A stretch of DNA of 55,505 nt from positions 1-55,505 of the forward strand of contig JAOPYV010000007.1 of NCBI GenBank assembly GCA_025964435.1, written 5' to 3'. Position numbers and translations under genes: made by a program. The notes beneath the pieces were generated by a model. It worked only from the letters and a program-made list of their open reading frames with translations. It had not been told where the DNA came from and made no database searches. Shown here in pieces: positions 36,626 through 45,743 of the stretch. Position 1 is the first letter of the stretch, and every line of letters begins with the position of its first letter. Source of the DNA: Thermoleophilia bacterium (GTDB lineage Bacteria > Actinomycetota > Thermoleophilia > Gaiellales > SKUG01).

Positions 36626-37927
36626 TCAGAACGTCGCCAGGGCCTTGGTGATGTCCTCGTCCATCTTCTTCACGGCTGCGTCGACCGTCGCGTCGCCGCT
36701 CAGGGCGCTGTAGACGTTGGTCGAGATCGCCTCGCTGATCTGCGGATACACCGGGCTGACCGGGCGGGAACGACCCTGCTCGATCGAATCGCGCAGCACC
36801 TCGGCGAACGGGAGCGCATCGGTGACGGCCTTGTCGTCATAGGCGGCCGTCAGCACGGGTGGCGTCGCGTTGGCGCCGTAGTTGACCTGGGCCTCCATGG
36901 CCGTCAGGAAGTTGATGAGCGCTGCGGCGCCTTCCTCGTTGTCGGAGTAGGAGGAGACCGCCAGGTTGTAGCCACCGAGCACGCTGGCCGCGTCGCTGTC
37001 GCCGAAGGCCGGGAAGGGTGCGACCTCGAACTTGCCCTTGATCGCCGGCACGTCCTGGCCGAGCGAGTAGGCGTACGGCCAGTTGCGCATGAAGGTCACG
37101 GTGCCCGCCTCAAAGGCGCGACGTGCTTCCTCTTCCTTGTAGGTCAGCGTCGCACGTGGCACGGCGCCGTCCTCGATGCCGTCGACCATGAACTGCAGCA
37201 CCTCGCGAGTGGTGTCGGCGTCGGCGGTCGATTCCGAGCCGTCGTCGTTGAGCACCTCACCGCCCGCGCTGTAGAGCAGCTCGAGGAAGTGGACCGTCAG
37301 GCCCTCATAGCGCGAGCCCTGGTAGGTCAGGCCGTTGTATTCGTTCGCTTCCTCATAGAGCGCTTCCCATGTCTCGGGGACCTCGTCGACCTGGTCGGTT
37401 CGGTAGTAGACGAAGCCGGCGTTCGAGTTGAACGGGACGGCGAAGTACTTGTCCTCGAACTCGCCCGTGGCGAGCGTCGATTCGATGAACTCATCCTTCC
37501 GGTCATCGACCAGCTGCGAGACGTCGGCCAGCCAGTCCTGCGCGGCGAACTCGGCGGTCCAGATCACGTCGAGCGCGAGGACGTCGCACTCGTCGCTCTC
37601 GGCCCGGAGGCGCTGGACCAGCTGCGTGCGCTGCTCATCCGCCGATTCGGGCAGCTCGACGAGCGTGGCGTTCGCGTCGGGATTCGCCGCGTTGAACTTG
37701 GCGAGCGTCGGGCGATGGATGCCGCTCGTGTCCTTGCCCATGCAGAGCACGATGTCGCCGGTGGCGGGCTCGTCGCTCGCGGTGATCTGGCTGGTGTCGT
37801 CCCCGCCCGAGCCCCCGTTGCCCCCGTTGTCGTCATCGTCGTCTCCACCACACCCGACCGCGATGAGCGCGGCGGAGAGGATCGTGGCGAGGCCAAGGGT
37901 TGCGTGGCGAAGGAATGGGCGAATCAT
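36626..37927 (-). CDS. carbohydrate ABC transporter substrate-binding lipoprotein (CUT1 family)
   Basis: Lipobox LIAVGC-GG. Start at MIRPFLRH with GAGGAG SD; the track ORF extends to 37996. Confidence 0.88.
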   Translation of the reverse strand: MIRPFLRHATLGLATILSAALIAVGCGGDDDDDNGGNGGSGGDDTSQITASDEPATGDIVLCMGKDTSGIHRPTLAKFNAANPDANATLVELPESADEQRTQLVQRLRAESDECDVLALDVIWTAEFAAQDWLADVSQLVDDRKDEFIESTLATGEFEDKYFAVPFNSNAGFVYYRTDQVDEVPETWEALYEEANEYNGLTYQGSRYEGLTVHFLELLYSAGGEVLNDDGSESTADADTTREVLQFMVDGIEDGAVPRATLTYKEEEARRAFEAGTVTFMRNWPYAYSLGQDVPAIKGKFEVAPFPAFGDSDAASVLGGYNLAVSSYSDNEEGAAALINFLTAMEAQVNYGANATPPVLTAAYDDKAVTDALPFAEVLRDSIEQGRSRPVSPVYPQISEAISTNVYSALSGDATVDAAVKKMDEDITKALATF

Positions 37928-38064
37928 GTCGGGCTCCTCGAAGTCGTGCCGGGCCAGCGTTCTGCGCGCCGGGCGTGCATCGTTCTGCATCGACACTCCC
38001 CGAAGCTCCGGCGCGTAGACATTCCTGCTCGAATACCGAGGAGCTTCCGTCCGGTTTCAGTACT

Positions 38065-38685
38065 TCATTCGGAGACTCGGAACGCGCTGAGCGGCGCGTT
38101 GTAGGCGCGCAGGCGCCAGCCGCTGGCGTCCCGCGTGAGGTGCGTGATCGACGTGTGCCCGAGGCTGGCGAGTCGCCGCCGATGCGCGTGGTCGATCTCG
38201 AGCAGCGCAAGCACGAGCGCGCGGATCGTGCCGCCGTGCGTGACGACCACGATGCCGCCATCGGAGTCGAGGTTCGCGAGCCGCAGCGCGGCGCGGTCGC
38301 AGCGCGTCTCGTGCTCCGCGTAGGTCTCGCCGCCAGTCCAGCCGCGCTTGCCCTGGAAGTACAGCTCGAGCGCGTCGGCGTCGTCGGCCTGGATCTCGTC
38401 GCGGGTCATGCCGGACCACGAGCCCACGTCGATCTCGCGCACGTCGGGGTCAACGAGCGGCTCGAGCCCGAGGCGCTCGGCAACGGGCTGGGCCGTCTCC
38501 AGCGCGCGCTGGAGGTCGCTCGTCACGACATGGGTGACGCCGTGGTCGGTGAATGCGCCCGCGAGCTGCTGTGCCTGCTCGCGGCCGAGCGACGAGAGCT
38601 CGGGGTCCGCCTGGCCCTGCCAGCGCCCGGCTGCATTCCATTCGCTCTGGCCGTGGCGGACGAGATAGATGTCGGAAGGCGGCAT
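38065..38685 (-). CDS. histidine phosphatase (phosphoglycerate mutase-like) family protein
   Basis: Catalytic RHG motif in IYLVRHGQSEWN, plus a downstream THGG motif. Confidence 0.88.
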   Translation of the reverse strand: MPPSDIYLVRHGQSEWNAAGRWQGQADPELSSLGREQAQQLAGAFTDHGVTHVVTSDLQRALETAQPVAERLGLEPLVDPDVREIDVGSWSGMTRDEIQADDADALELYFQGKRGWTGGETYAEHETRCDRAALRLANLDSDGGIVVVTHGGTIRALVLALLEIDHAHRRRLASLGHTSITHLTRDASGWRLRAYNAPLSAFRVSE

Positions 38686-38788
38686 GCGCGCGACTCTACG
38701 GCGTGGGGCGGGGTCGGTCGGTGGGCTGCACGGGGCGCAGCGCGGCATCGCCGGCGGTCGAAGGGGCGCGACCTCTAGTATCCGCAGC

Positions 38789-39604
38789 ATGGATCTCCAG
38801 CTTTCCGGACAGGTCGTGCTCATCACCGGTGCCAGCAAGGGCATTGGTCTTGCAGCCGCGAAGATGTTCGCCGCAGAAGGTGCCCACGTCGCGATCGTCG
38901 CGCGTGGTCGCGAAGACCTCGAGATTGCCGGCCGGGCAGTGACGGAAGCGGGGCAGCGCGCGCGCACCCCGGGCAAGGTCGCGGCGCTGACGGGCGACAT
39001 GGCGGCGCCGGACGTCCCCGCGCGCGTCGTGCGTGAGGTCGAGGATTCGCTCGGACCGATCGACGTGCTCGTCAACAACGTCGGCCTTGCGTACCAGGCG
39101 ACCTTCGATGAGGTCACCGACGAGCAGTGGGACGAGCTCTGGCAGCTCAACGTGATGAGCTACATCCGTACCTCCCGCGCCGTCATCCCGTCGATGCGTG
39201 CCCGCGGCACGGGTGCGATCGTCAACATCTCCAGCACGGCCGGCAAGCGACCGAGCGTCGGCATGGCGAACTACTCGGTGACGAAAGCCGCCGTGCAGTC
39301 CGTCTCGCGCCTGCTCGCCGACACGTACGCCGCTGATGGCATCCGCTCGATCGCGATCTGCCCGGGGCCGACGACCAGCGACGCCTGGCTCGGCGACGGT
39401 GGCCTGGCCGACCAGGTTGCCGATGCCAAGGGCATCAGCCGTGACGATGCGCTGTCGGCCACCGGCAAGGGGCGACCGATGGGACGCATGGCGTCGCCGG
39501 AGGAGATCGCCGCGTCGATCGTGTTCGCGGCCTCGCCACGCGCCTCCTACGCCACGGGCGCCGCATGGAGCGTCGACGGCGGCAGCGTTCCCGTCATCAT
39601 CTGA
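38789..39604 (+). CDS. short-chain dehydrogenase/reductase (SDR)
   Basis: TGASKGIG cofactor motif, NNVG, and catalytic YSVTK. Confidence 0.9.
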   Translation: MDLQLSGQVVLITGASKGIGLAAAKMFAAEGAHVAIVARGREDLEIAGRAVTEAGQRARTPGKVAALTGDMAAPDVPARVVREVEDSLGPIDVLVNNVGLAYQATFDEVTDEQWDELWQLNVMSYIRTSRAVIPSMRARGTGAIVNISSTAGKRPSVGMANYSVTKAAVQSVSRLLADTYAADGIRSIAICPGPTTSDAWLGDGGLADQVADAKGISRDDALSATGKGRPMGRMASPEEIAASIVFAASPRASYATGAAWSVDGGSVPVII

Positions 39605-39614
39605 TGCACGGACG

Positions 39615-40340
39615 ATGACCGAAACGCTCAGCATCGACCTTGCCGACCCGCGGCTCGTGGAGCCTCGTGACGGTGACCTCGTCGTGCTGGTCGAGCCGCT
39701 CTACGGCGGCGTCGCCGTGGCCGCTGCGCTCGACGCAGGCTGGGGCGAGGTCGAGCTCGCGCCGCTCGCAGGCCCGCCGATCCCGCTCATCTCGTACGAG
39801 CAGTCGCCGCCGCCGGGTCACCGCAATGGGCGTTGCCGCGTGCGCACGGACGACCTCGTGGACTCAGCGTGGTTCGTGCTCGAGCGCTCCGGCGAGGTCG
39901 AGCTGTTGCTGGGCACGCCCGCCAACGCGCGGCCGATCTGTGCGCAGCTCGCGCTTCGTCCCTATGCCCGCGTGCTGTTCGTGCCCGTGCTTGCCGAGGG
40001 CCAGCCGGCGATCGACGCGACCTGGGCCTGCGGCATGCTCATCCGCGTGCTGCTCGACGAGCTCGACGTGCGCGATGCGCGCCTGACCGAGGCCGCTGGC
40101 ATCGCGGTGACGCTCGCGACCGGCACCGAGGACGCGCATCACCAGCTCGCGACCGGCGAGCGGTGGCGCCAGCACGTCGCCGCGGGAGGTGCAGCCGATG
40201 ATGCGCGCATCGCCGCGGCCGTCGATTCGATCGGTGTCGTGCCGTGCCTGCAGGATGCCGACGGCGTGCTCGTGGCGCGGCCATGGATGCCGCCGCTCGT
40301 CGCTACTCCGGCAGCTGGTCTTCCGGCGAATCAAAGGTGA
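39615..40340 (+). CDS. hypothetical protein, weak resemblance to the ComB (2-phosphosulfolactate phosphatase) fold
   Basis: Good coding bias. Only pattern-level similarity (VVLVEPLYGGVAVAAALDAG...; EGQPAIDATWACGMLIRVL). The function call is tentative. Confidence 0.6.
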   Translation: MTETLSIDLADPRLVEPRDGDLVVLVEPLYGGVAVAAALDAGWGEVELAPLAGPPIPLISYEQSPPPGHRNGRCRVRTDDLVDSAWFVLERSGEVELLLGTPANARPICAQLALRPYARVLFVPVLAEGQPAIDATWACGMLIRVLLDELDVRDARLTEAAGIAVTLATGTEDAHHQLATGERWRQHVAAGGAADDARIAAAVDSIGVVPCLQDADGVLVARPWMPPLVATPAAGLPANQR

Positions 40341-40647
40341 GGCGCGGCAGCAGGTCGCCATACGCCGCCTTTGCGCTGCGCGCGAACTCGCGGCGATAGT
40401 CGCGCGCCGCGGTTCCTTCGAGCGTGGAGGAGAAGTTGCGATACATGTCGTCGAGCAGCTCCTCGACCCGCTCGGCCAGCTCGTCGTGCTCGCCGTAGCT
40501 CTCGAGCGAGGCGCGGGCATCACGCTCGTGGTGGTACTCGCCCAGCGCGGCGCGGGCCTCGTCGACGAGCGTGCTGTGGTCCTGCGCGAAGATGGCGAGC
40601 TGTCGCTCTACCACTTCACGGAATCGTCGACGACGGAAAGGCCACAT
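40303..40647 (-). CDS. hypothetical helical protein (114 aa)
   Basis: Start at MWPFRRRRFREV. Charged helical sequence. Convergent 38-nt overlap with the previous gene. Confidence 0.6.
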   Translation of the reverse strand: MWPFRRRRFREVVERQLAIFAQDHSTLVDEARAALGEYHHERDARASLESYGEHDELAERVEELLDDMYRNFSSTLEGTAARDYRREFARSAKAAYGDLLPRLTFDSPEDQLPE

Positions 40648-40826
40648 GCCTCGGCCTGTACCCCGGGCCAGCCGCGCGGAACCTTGCAGGGAACGTACGG
40701 AAAGCCAACGAGAGAAACTAGCACTCAAGGAAGTTTGCAAAGGTTCCGATGCAGGCGGGGCGCTAGACAAAACATCAGGTTGTCGGCGTGGGCAGGATGC
40801 CCAACGTTTCAGGGGGAACTCGCAGG

Positions 40827-41018
40827 ATGCGATACATGCAGATCATTCAGGCGCCGGACGTACACGGCGCGCGCCAGAACTACCTCGAGTTGCTCGAGCG
40901 ACGTGGCGTCTCGCTGATGCCGTCGATGGCGATCTACGTCGAGACGGTCCATCGACCGCGCGGCGCCGAAGGTTCCTGGCTCTGCTACATCGCCCAGGTG
41001 ATGACAGCGGCAGCCTAG
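40827..41018 (+). CDS. hypothetical small protein (63 aa)
   Basis: MRYMQIIQAPDVHGARQNYLELLERRG... G/C third positions. GGGGGA 10 nt upstream. Composite hairpin GGCGGC..CCCTGC / GCAGGG..GCCGCC downstream. Confidence 0.5.
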   Translation: MRYMQIIQAPDVHGARQNYLELLERRGVSLMPSMAIYVETVHRPRGAEGSWLCYIAQVMTAAA

Positions 41019-41117
41019 GTCGGTGCACCCTGGCGGCGCTCCCTGCGTGGGTGCAGGGGGCTGCCGCCGGTCACTCTCTTCCGCGCTCGGCCGCGGTGCG
41101 CTGCTACCATCGCGTGC

Positions 41118-42458
41118 ATGACTTCTTCTGCCGCGACCGCAGCTGCGGGCAACACGACCCGCACCAATGATCGTTTCGTGATCGAGGGCGGCCATCCGAT
41201 CGCCGGCACCATCCGTGCCGCCGCCAACAAGAACGCGGCGCTGCCGATCGTTGCCGCGACGCTCCTGGCCTCCGAGCCGGTCGTCCTGCACGACGTGCCC
41301 GACATCGTCGACGTGCGACTGCTGATCGACCTGCTCGACACCGCCGGCTGCGAGGTCGAGCGCCTCGGCTCCAACTCCTGGCGCATCGACGCATCGGCCG
41401 GAATCGACCCGACCCACCTCGACCCGGTGCTCTGCGAGCGCATCCGCGGCTCGCTGCTCGTCGCAGGCCCGCTCGTCGCGCGTCACGGCGAGGTATGGAT
41501 CCCCGTGCCCGGCGGCGACGTGATCGGTCGACGCCGCGTCGACACGCACATCATCGCGCTGGAGTCGCTCGGCGCGACCTTCACCTGGGATGAGGGCTAC
41601 CGCTTCGAGGCGCCCGAAGGTGGCCTCGTCGGCGGACACATGTTCCTCGACGAGCCAAGCGTGACCGGCACCGAGAACGCGATCATGGCCGCGTCGCTCG
41701 CCAAGGGCACGACGGTGATCGAGAACGCGGCATGTGAGCCGCACGTCCAGGACCTGTGCAACTTCATCGTCTCGATGGGCGGGAAGATCGAGGGCATCGG
41801 CTCCAACATCCTCACCATCCACGGCGTCGACAAGCTCGGTGGCACCGAGTACACGATCCAGCCCGACCACATCGAGGTCGGCTCGTTCGTCGGCCTCGCC
41901 GCCGTCACCGGTGGCGAGCTGATCATCGAGAACGCGGGCGACATCTCGCAGCTGCGCCCGATGCTCATGGGCTTCGAGAAGCTCGGCGTCGAGATGCACC
42001 TCGACGGCACCACGCTGCACGTGCCGCCGGAGCAGCGCCTCCAGATCAAGGACGACCTCGGTGGGCACATCACCAAGCTCGAGGATGGCCCGTGGCCGAA
42101 CTTCCCGGCCGACCTCACGTCGACCGCCGTCGCCATCGCCACGCAGGCGACCGGCACGATCATGATCTTCGAGAAGATGTTCGAGACGCGCCTGGTCTTC
42201 ACCGACAAGCTCGTGACGATGGGCGCGCGCATCGTGCTGTGCGACCCGCATCGCGCGGTCATCTCCGGCCCGGCTCGCCTGCGCGGCATGAAGATGGAGA
42301 GCCCCGACATCCGTGCCGGGATGTCGCTGCTGACCTGCGCGCTCGCGGCCGATGGTCGCAGCGTCATCCAGAACGTCCAGCAGATCGACCGCGGCTACGA
42401 GCGCATCGACGAGCGACTGCGATCGCTCGGCGCGCAGATCGAACGCGTCAGCTCCTGA
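41118..42458 (+). CDS. murA: UDP-N-acetylglucosamine 1-carboxyvinyltransferase
   Basis: MurA-type sequence throughout. Active-site loop VPGGDVIGRRRVDTH has Asp (codon 41517-41519) where E. coli has Cys115. Confidence 0.95.
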   Translation: MTSSAATAAAGNTTRTNDRFVIEGGHPIAGTIRAAANKNAALPIVAATLLASEPVVLHDVPDIVDVRLLIDLLDTAGCEVERLGSNSWRIDASAGIDPTHLDPVLCERIRGSLLVAGPLVARHGEVWIPVPGGDVIGRRRVDTHIIALESLGATFTWDEGYRFEAPEGGLVGGHMFLDEPSVTGTENAIMAASLAKGTTVIENAACEPHVQDLCNFIVSMGGKIEGIGSNILTIHGVDKLGGTEYTIQPDHIEVGSFVGLAAVTGGELIIENAGDISQLRPMLMGFEKLGVEMHLDGTTLHVPPEQRLQIKDDLGGHITKLEDGPWPNFPADLTSTAVAIATQATGTIMIFEKMFETRLVFTDKLVTMGARIVLCDPHRAVISGPARLRGMKMESPDIRAGMSLLTCALAADGRSVIQNVQQIDRGYERIDERLRSLGAQIERVSS

Positions 42459-43145
42459 GTGCTGGTTGTCCCGCAGATCGCGTTCCGCTCCTCGCTCGTC
42501 GCCTCGGGTGATGCGCTGCCACCGGTGAAGCTCGTACGTGAGCTGTCGGCGATGGGCGCGCGTGAGATCGGACTGCTCGACCTCGATGGCCAGCTGGCGA
42601 GCGACGTGCTGCCCGAGTGGGCGCAGACGATCGTCGCCGTGGCCAAGGTGCCGGTGCGCTTCGACGGTCGCCTGCACGACGGGCGCCAGATCGAGCGACT
42701 GACACGGGCCGGATTCGCATCCGTCGTCGTCGACCAGAGCTCGGTGTTCGATCCGATCCTGTTGCGCTGGGCGCTCGACCTCTACGGCTCGCACCTCGTC
42801 GTCGAGGTCCAGGTCGATGGCGACTACGTCTTCGATGCGCCGCCGGCAGCCTTCGGTCGCGAGCTCGTCGACGTGCTCGTCGACCTCCACTTCCAGGGCG
42901 TGCGGCGCCTGCTCTATCGCGACGTCACCGGTGAGCGAGTGCCGACCAAGCAGCTGCTCGAGCTCGGTGACCGCTTGCCGGGCGCGAACTTCGCCTACCA
43001 GGGCGCGGTCGATTCGGTCGCTGACGTCGCAGCATTGGCGGAGCTCGGCGGCCTCGTCGATGCGGTGCTCGTCAACGCCGAGCACATCACCTCGGGTCGC
43101 ATCGACCTGACTGCTGCGAACGCGGCAGCGCTCGGCCACTCCTGA
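42459..43145 (+). CDS. HisA/HisF-like TIM-barrel protein with degenerate catalytic and phosphate-binding motifs
   Basis: Colinear with HisA (VPVRFDGRLHDGRQIERLTRAGFASVVVDQSSV versus VPVQVGGGVRS...). N-terminal VPQIAF replaces IPAIDL, and DGR replaces GGG. Starts immediately after the murA stop. Confidence 0.75.
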   Translation: MLVVPQIAFRSSLVASGDALPPVKLVRELSAMGAREIGLLDLDGQLASDVLPEWAQTIVAVAKVPVRFDGRLHDGRQIERLTRAGFASVVVDQSSVFDPILLRWALDLYGSHLVVEVQVDGDYVFDAPPAAFGRELVDVLVDLHFQGVRRLLYRDVTGERVPTKQLLELGDRLPGANFAYQGAVDSVADVAALAELGGLVDAVLVNAEHITSGRIDLTAANAAALGHS

Positions 43146-43206
43146 ATTCTCTGGGAAGGTCCGGGAACGGGATCGTCTGCGGGTGGGGGATGCCGATGCG
43201 GTGGCC

Positions 43207-43311
43207 ATGCCCGATCACGCACGAAGCAGCGGTACCCGCATCATCCGAGCGACGCTCATCGCGCTCGCCCTCTGCGCGCTGACGATCGTGCTCATGCGCG
43301 TGCTGGGCTAG
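43207..43311 (+). CDS. possible 34-aa tail-anchored membrane peptide
   Basis: MPDHARSSGTRIIRATLIALALCALTIVLMRVLG. G/C third positions. In-frame GTG alternatives at 43183 and 43201. No clear SD. Confidence 0.3.
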   Translation: MPDHARSSGTRIIRATLIALALCALTIVLMRVLG

Positions 43312-43352
43312 GATCCTGCGGACCATCCAGCCCGAGCCCAGGAGCTTTCCGC

Positions 43353-43757
43353 ATGACCCTCGCCAACGAGCGACACGCAGTCGTCACCGACCGCGCCCCG
43401 CGACCCGTCCAGGGCGCCCCGTACTCCCAGGCGATCGCCACCCGTGGCCTCGTCTTCTGCTCGGGCCAGGTGCCCTTGGATCCGCAGAGCGGCACGCTCG
43501 TCGACGGTGGCATCAAGGAGCAGACGACGCGCGTCTTCGAGAACCTCAAGGGTGTGCTCGAGGCAGCTGGCTCGTCGCTCGACGACATCGTCAAGACGAC
43601 CGTCTTCCTGACCGACCTCGCGAACGACTTCGGCGCCATGAACGAGGTCTACGCCACGTACTTCACCGGCGCGCCGCCGGCCCGTTCGACCTTCGAGGTC
43701 TCGGCGCTGCCCGCTGGCGCCAGCGTGGAGATCGAGTGCATCGCCGTCGGTGAATGA
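43353..43757 (+). CDS. RidA/YjgF/L-PSP family enamine/imine deaminase
   Basis: APYSQAIATRGLVFCSGQVPLDP and ARSTFEVSALPAGASVEIECIA are typical of RidA. Confidence 0.92.
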   Translation: MTLANERHAVVTDRAPRPVQGAPYSQAIATRGLVFCSGQVPLDPQSGTLVDGGIKEQTTRVFENLKGVLEAAGSSLDDIVKTTVFLTDLANDFGAMNEVYATYFTGAPPARSTFEVSALPAGASVEIECIAVGE

Positions 43758-45057
43758 CGAACCACGCACAGGTCGCGACCTGATCGAGCGCGCACCGGCG
43801 GCGGCAGCCGTCCTCGCTGGTGCGCGCGCCGCCGGGCTCGCGCTCGATGGGGTCTGGCTCGTCGGTGGCGCAGTCCGTGACGCGGTCATGGCGCGCGCTG
43901 CCGCCGGCCGCGACGTCGACCTCGCCGTCGAGGGTGCAGGCGTTGCCTTCGCGCACCTGCTCGCCGGTGCGCTCGGCGGTGAGGTGATCGCCGAGCACCT
44001 GTTCGGCACCGCCACGGTGCTCGTCGACCTCGGCGCCGAGCTGGGGCTCGTCCACGTCGACGTCGCCACGACGCGCACGGAGACCTACGCCGCGCCGGGC
44101 GCACTGCCGACGGTCACGCTCGACGCGACGATCGAACAGGACCTCGCGCGCCGCGACATCTCGATCAATGCGATCGCCGTGTCTGCCAAGCCCGATGCCG
44201 ATGGCAGCCACCGCATCGTCGATCCCTTCGACGGGCTCGGCGACATCGAGCGACGGCTCGTACGCGTGCTCCACCCGGGCTCCTTCGTCGACGACCCGAC
44301 GCGAATCGTGCGCGTCGCACGCTACTCGGGGCGGCTGGGCCTGCCGGTCGACCCCGAGACGCGTCAGTGGGCCGTCGATGCGGTCGCCGCCGGCGCGCTG
44401 CAGACGATCAGCTCCGACCGCATGCGCGCCGAGCTCGAGCTCGTGCTGCGCGAGGCGGCGTGGGACTCGCTGACGCTGCTCGCGGCCTGGGGCATGCTCG
44501 ACCAGCTCGACCCGCGGCTGGAGGAGTCCTTCCGGCTCCCGTTCCTGATCATGCGCATCGACGAGGTCTGCGGCGACGACGCGCAGCTCCACGATCGCGT
44601 CTGGCGGATGCGGCTCGCCGCGCTCGTGCGCCCGCTCGGCGCCGACCGCGAGGGCTGGCTGCGCTGGCTCGGATTCCCCGGCGACGTGATCGCCGACGTC
44701 GAATCCCACGCGCGGCTGCTCGACTACGTCTTCGAACACGGCGTCGCGCTCGCGCAGGTCGCCAACTCCGACCTCTACCTCGACCTCGGGGAAGTGGAGG
44801 ACGACTCCTTCGCCGTCGCGGCGATCGCCACCGACGACGAGCAGGTCGTCGCACGGCTCGACGCCTACCGCACCGCGATCCGCGGCACGCGCCTCACGGT
44901 GCGCGGCGAGGACGTCATGGCCGCAGGCGTGCCCGCCGGCCCACGAGTGGGTCGGATCCTCGGTACGCTGTTCCTCCAGGCACTCGACGGCGAACTGCCG
45001 GACGAGGCCGCCGAGCGCGCCGAGCTGGCGCGACTCGCCGAAGATGGAGCCGCATGA
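43750..45057 (+). CDS. CCA-adding enzyme / poly(A) polymerase family nucleotidyltransferase
   Basis: LVGGAVRDAVM ... DVDLAV head-domain motifs. RDISINAIA. Confidence 0.85.
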   Translation: MNDEPRTGRDLIERAPAAAAVLAGARAAGLALDGVWLVGGAVRDAVMARAAAGRDVDLAVEGAGVAFAHLLAGALGGEVIAEHLFGTATVLVDLGAELGLVHVDVATTRTETYAAPGALPTVTLDATIEQDLARRDISINAIAVSAKPDADGSHRIVDPFDGLGDIERRLVRVLHPGSFVDDPTRIVRVARYSGRLGLPVDPETRQWAVDAVAAGALQTISSDRMRAELELVLREAAWDSLTLLAAWGMLDQLDPRLEESFRLPFLIMRIDEVCGDDAQLHDRVWRMRLAALVRPLGADREGWLRWLGFPGDVIADVESHARLLDYVFEHGVALAQVANSDLYLDLGEVEDDSFAVAAIATDDEQVVARLDAYRTAIRGTRLTVRGEDVMAAGVPAGPRVGRILGTLFLQALDGELPDEAAERAELARLAEDGAA

Positions 45058-45743
45058 CCGGGTTGGACCTCGCCACGCTGCAGGAGAACATCCGGGTCGG
45101 CACCTTCATGATCCCGCTCATCCTGCTGGCGTTCGCGCTGCACGAGATGGCGCATGCCTACGCCGCGACCTGGTTCGGCGACCCGACGCCGGCACGACAC
45201 GGCCGACGCACGCTCAACCCGATCCGCCACCTCGACCCGGTCGGCACGATCATGATCGTCGCGAGCATGCTGCTGTTCGGCTTCCCGTTCGGCTTCGCCG
45301 TGACCCCGGTCAACGACGAGCTGATGCGCAAGCCACGCCTGCACGGGGCGCTGACGGCGCTCGCCGGCCCGATGGTGAACATCATCATGTGCGGCATCAG
45401 CCTCGTGCTGCTCGTCGTCGCCTATGAGCACTACGGCCCCGTCATGCCGGGCGAGGACGTGCCGTTCCTGCTCGAGGCCGCTGACCGCAGCATGACCTTC
45501 AACGCCTTCCTCGCCGTCTTCAACCTGCTGCCGATCCCACCGCTGGACGGTGGACGCATCGTCGGCTCGTTCATGAACCGCCACATGCAGGCGGAGTGGA
45601 ACAAGATCGGCGAGTACGGCATCTTCATCATCCTCGCGCTGGTGCTCTTCGGTGGCGGCTCGTTCCAGCAGTTCGTCGGTCAGCTCTCGACGTGGCTGCT
45701 GCAGTTCGTGGACCTGTTCGTCGACTCGCCCTTCCTCTTCTGA
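45054..45743 (+). CDS. site-2 protease family (M50) membrane metalloprotease
   Basis: HEMAHA zinc motif and NLLPIPPLDGG motif in a polytopic protein. ATGA overlap upstream. Confidence 0.9.
   Translation: MTGLDLATLQENIRVGTFMIPLILLAFALHEMAHAYAATWFGDPTPARHGRRTLNPIRHLDPVGTIMIVASMLLFGFPFGFAVTPVNDELMRKPRLHGALTALAGPMVNIIMCGISLVLLVVAYEHYGPVMPGEDVPFLLEAADRSMTFNAFLAVFNLLPIPPLDGGRIVGSFMNRHMQAEWNKIGEYGIFIILALVLFGGGSFQQFVGQLSTWLLQFVDLFVDSPFLF

Noticed and set aside
40809-43208. 799-aa minus-strand ORF
   Set aside because: It is antisense to murA and the HisA-like gene. The murA frame carries unmistakable conserved sequence.
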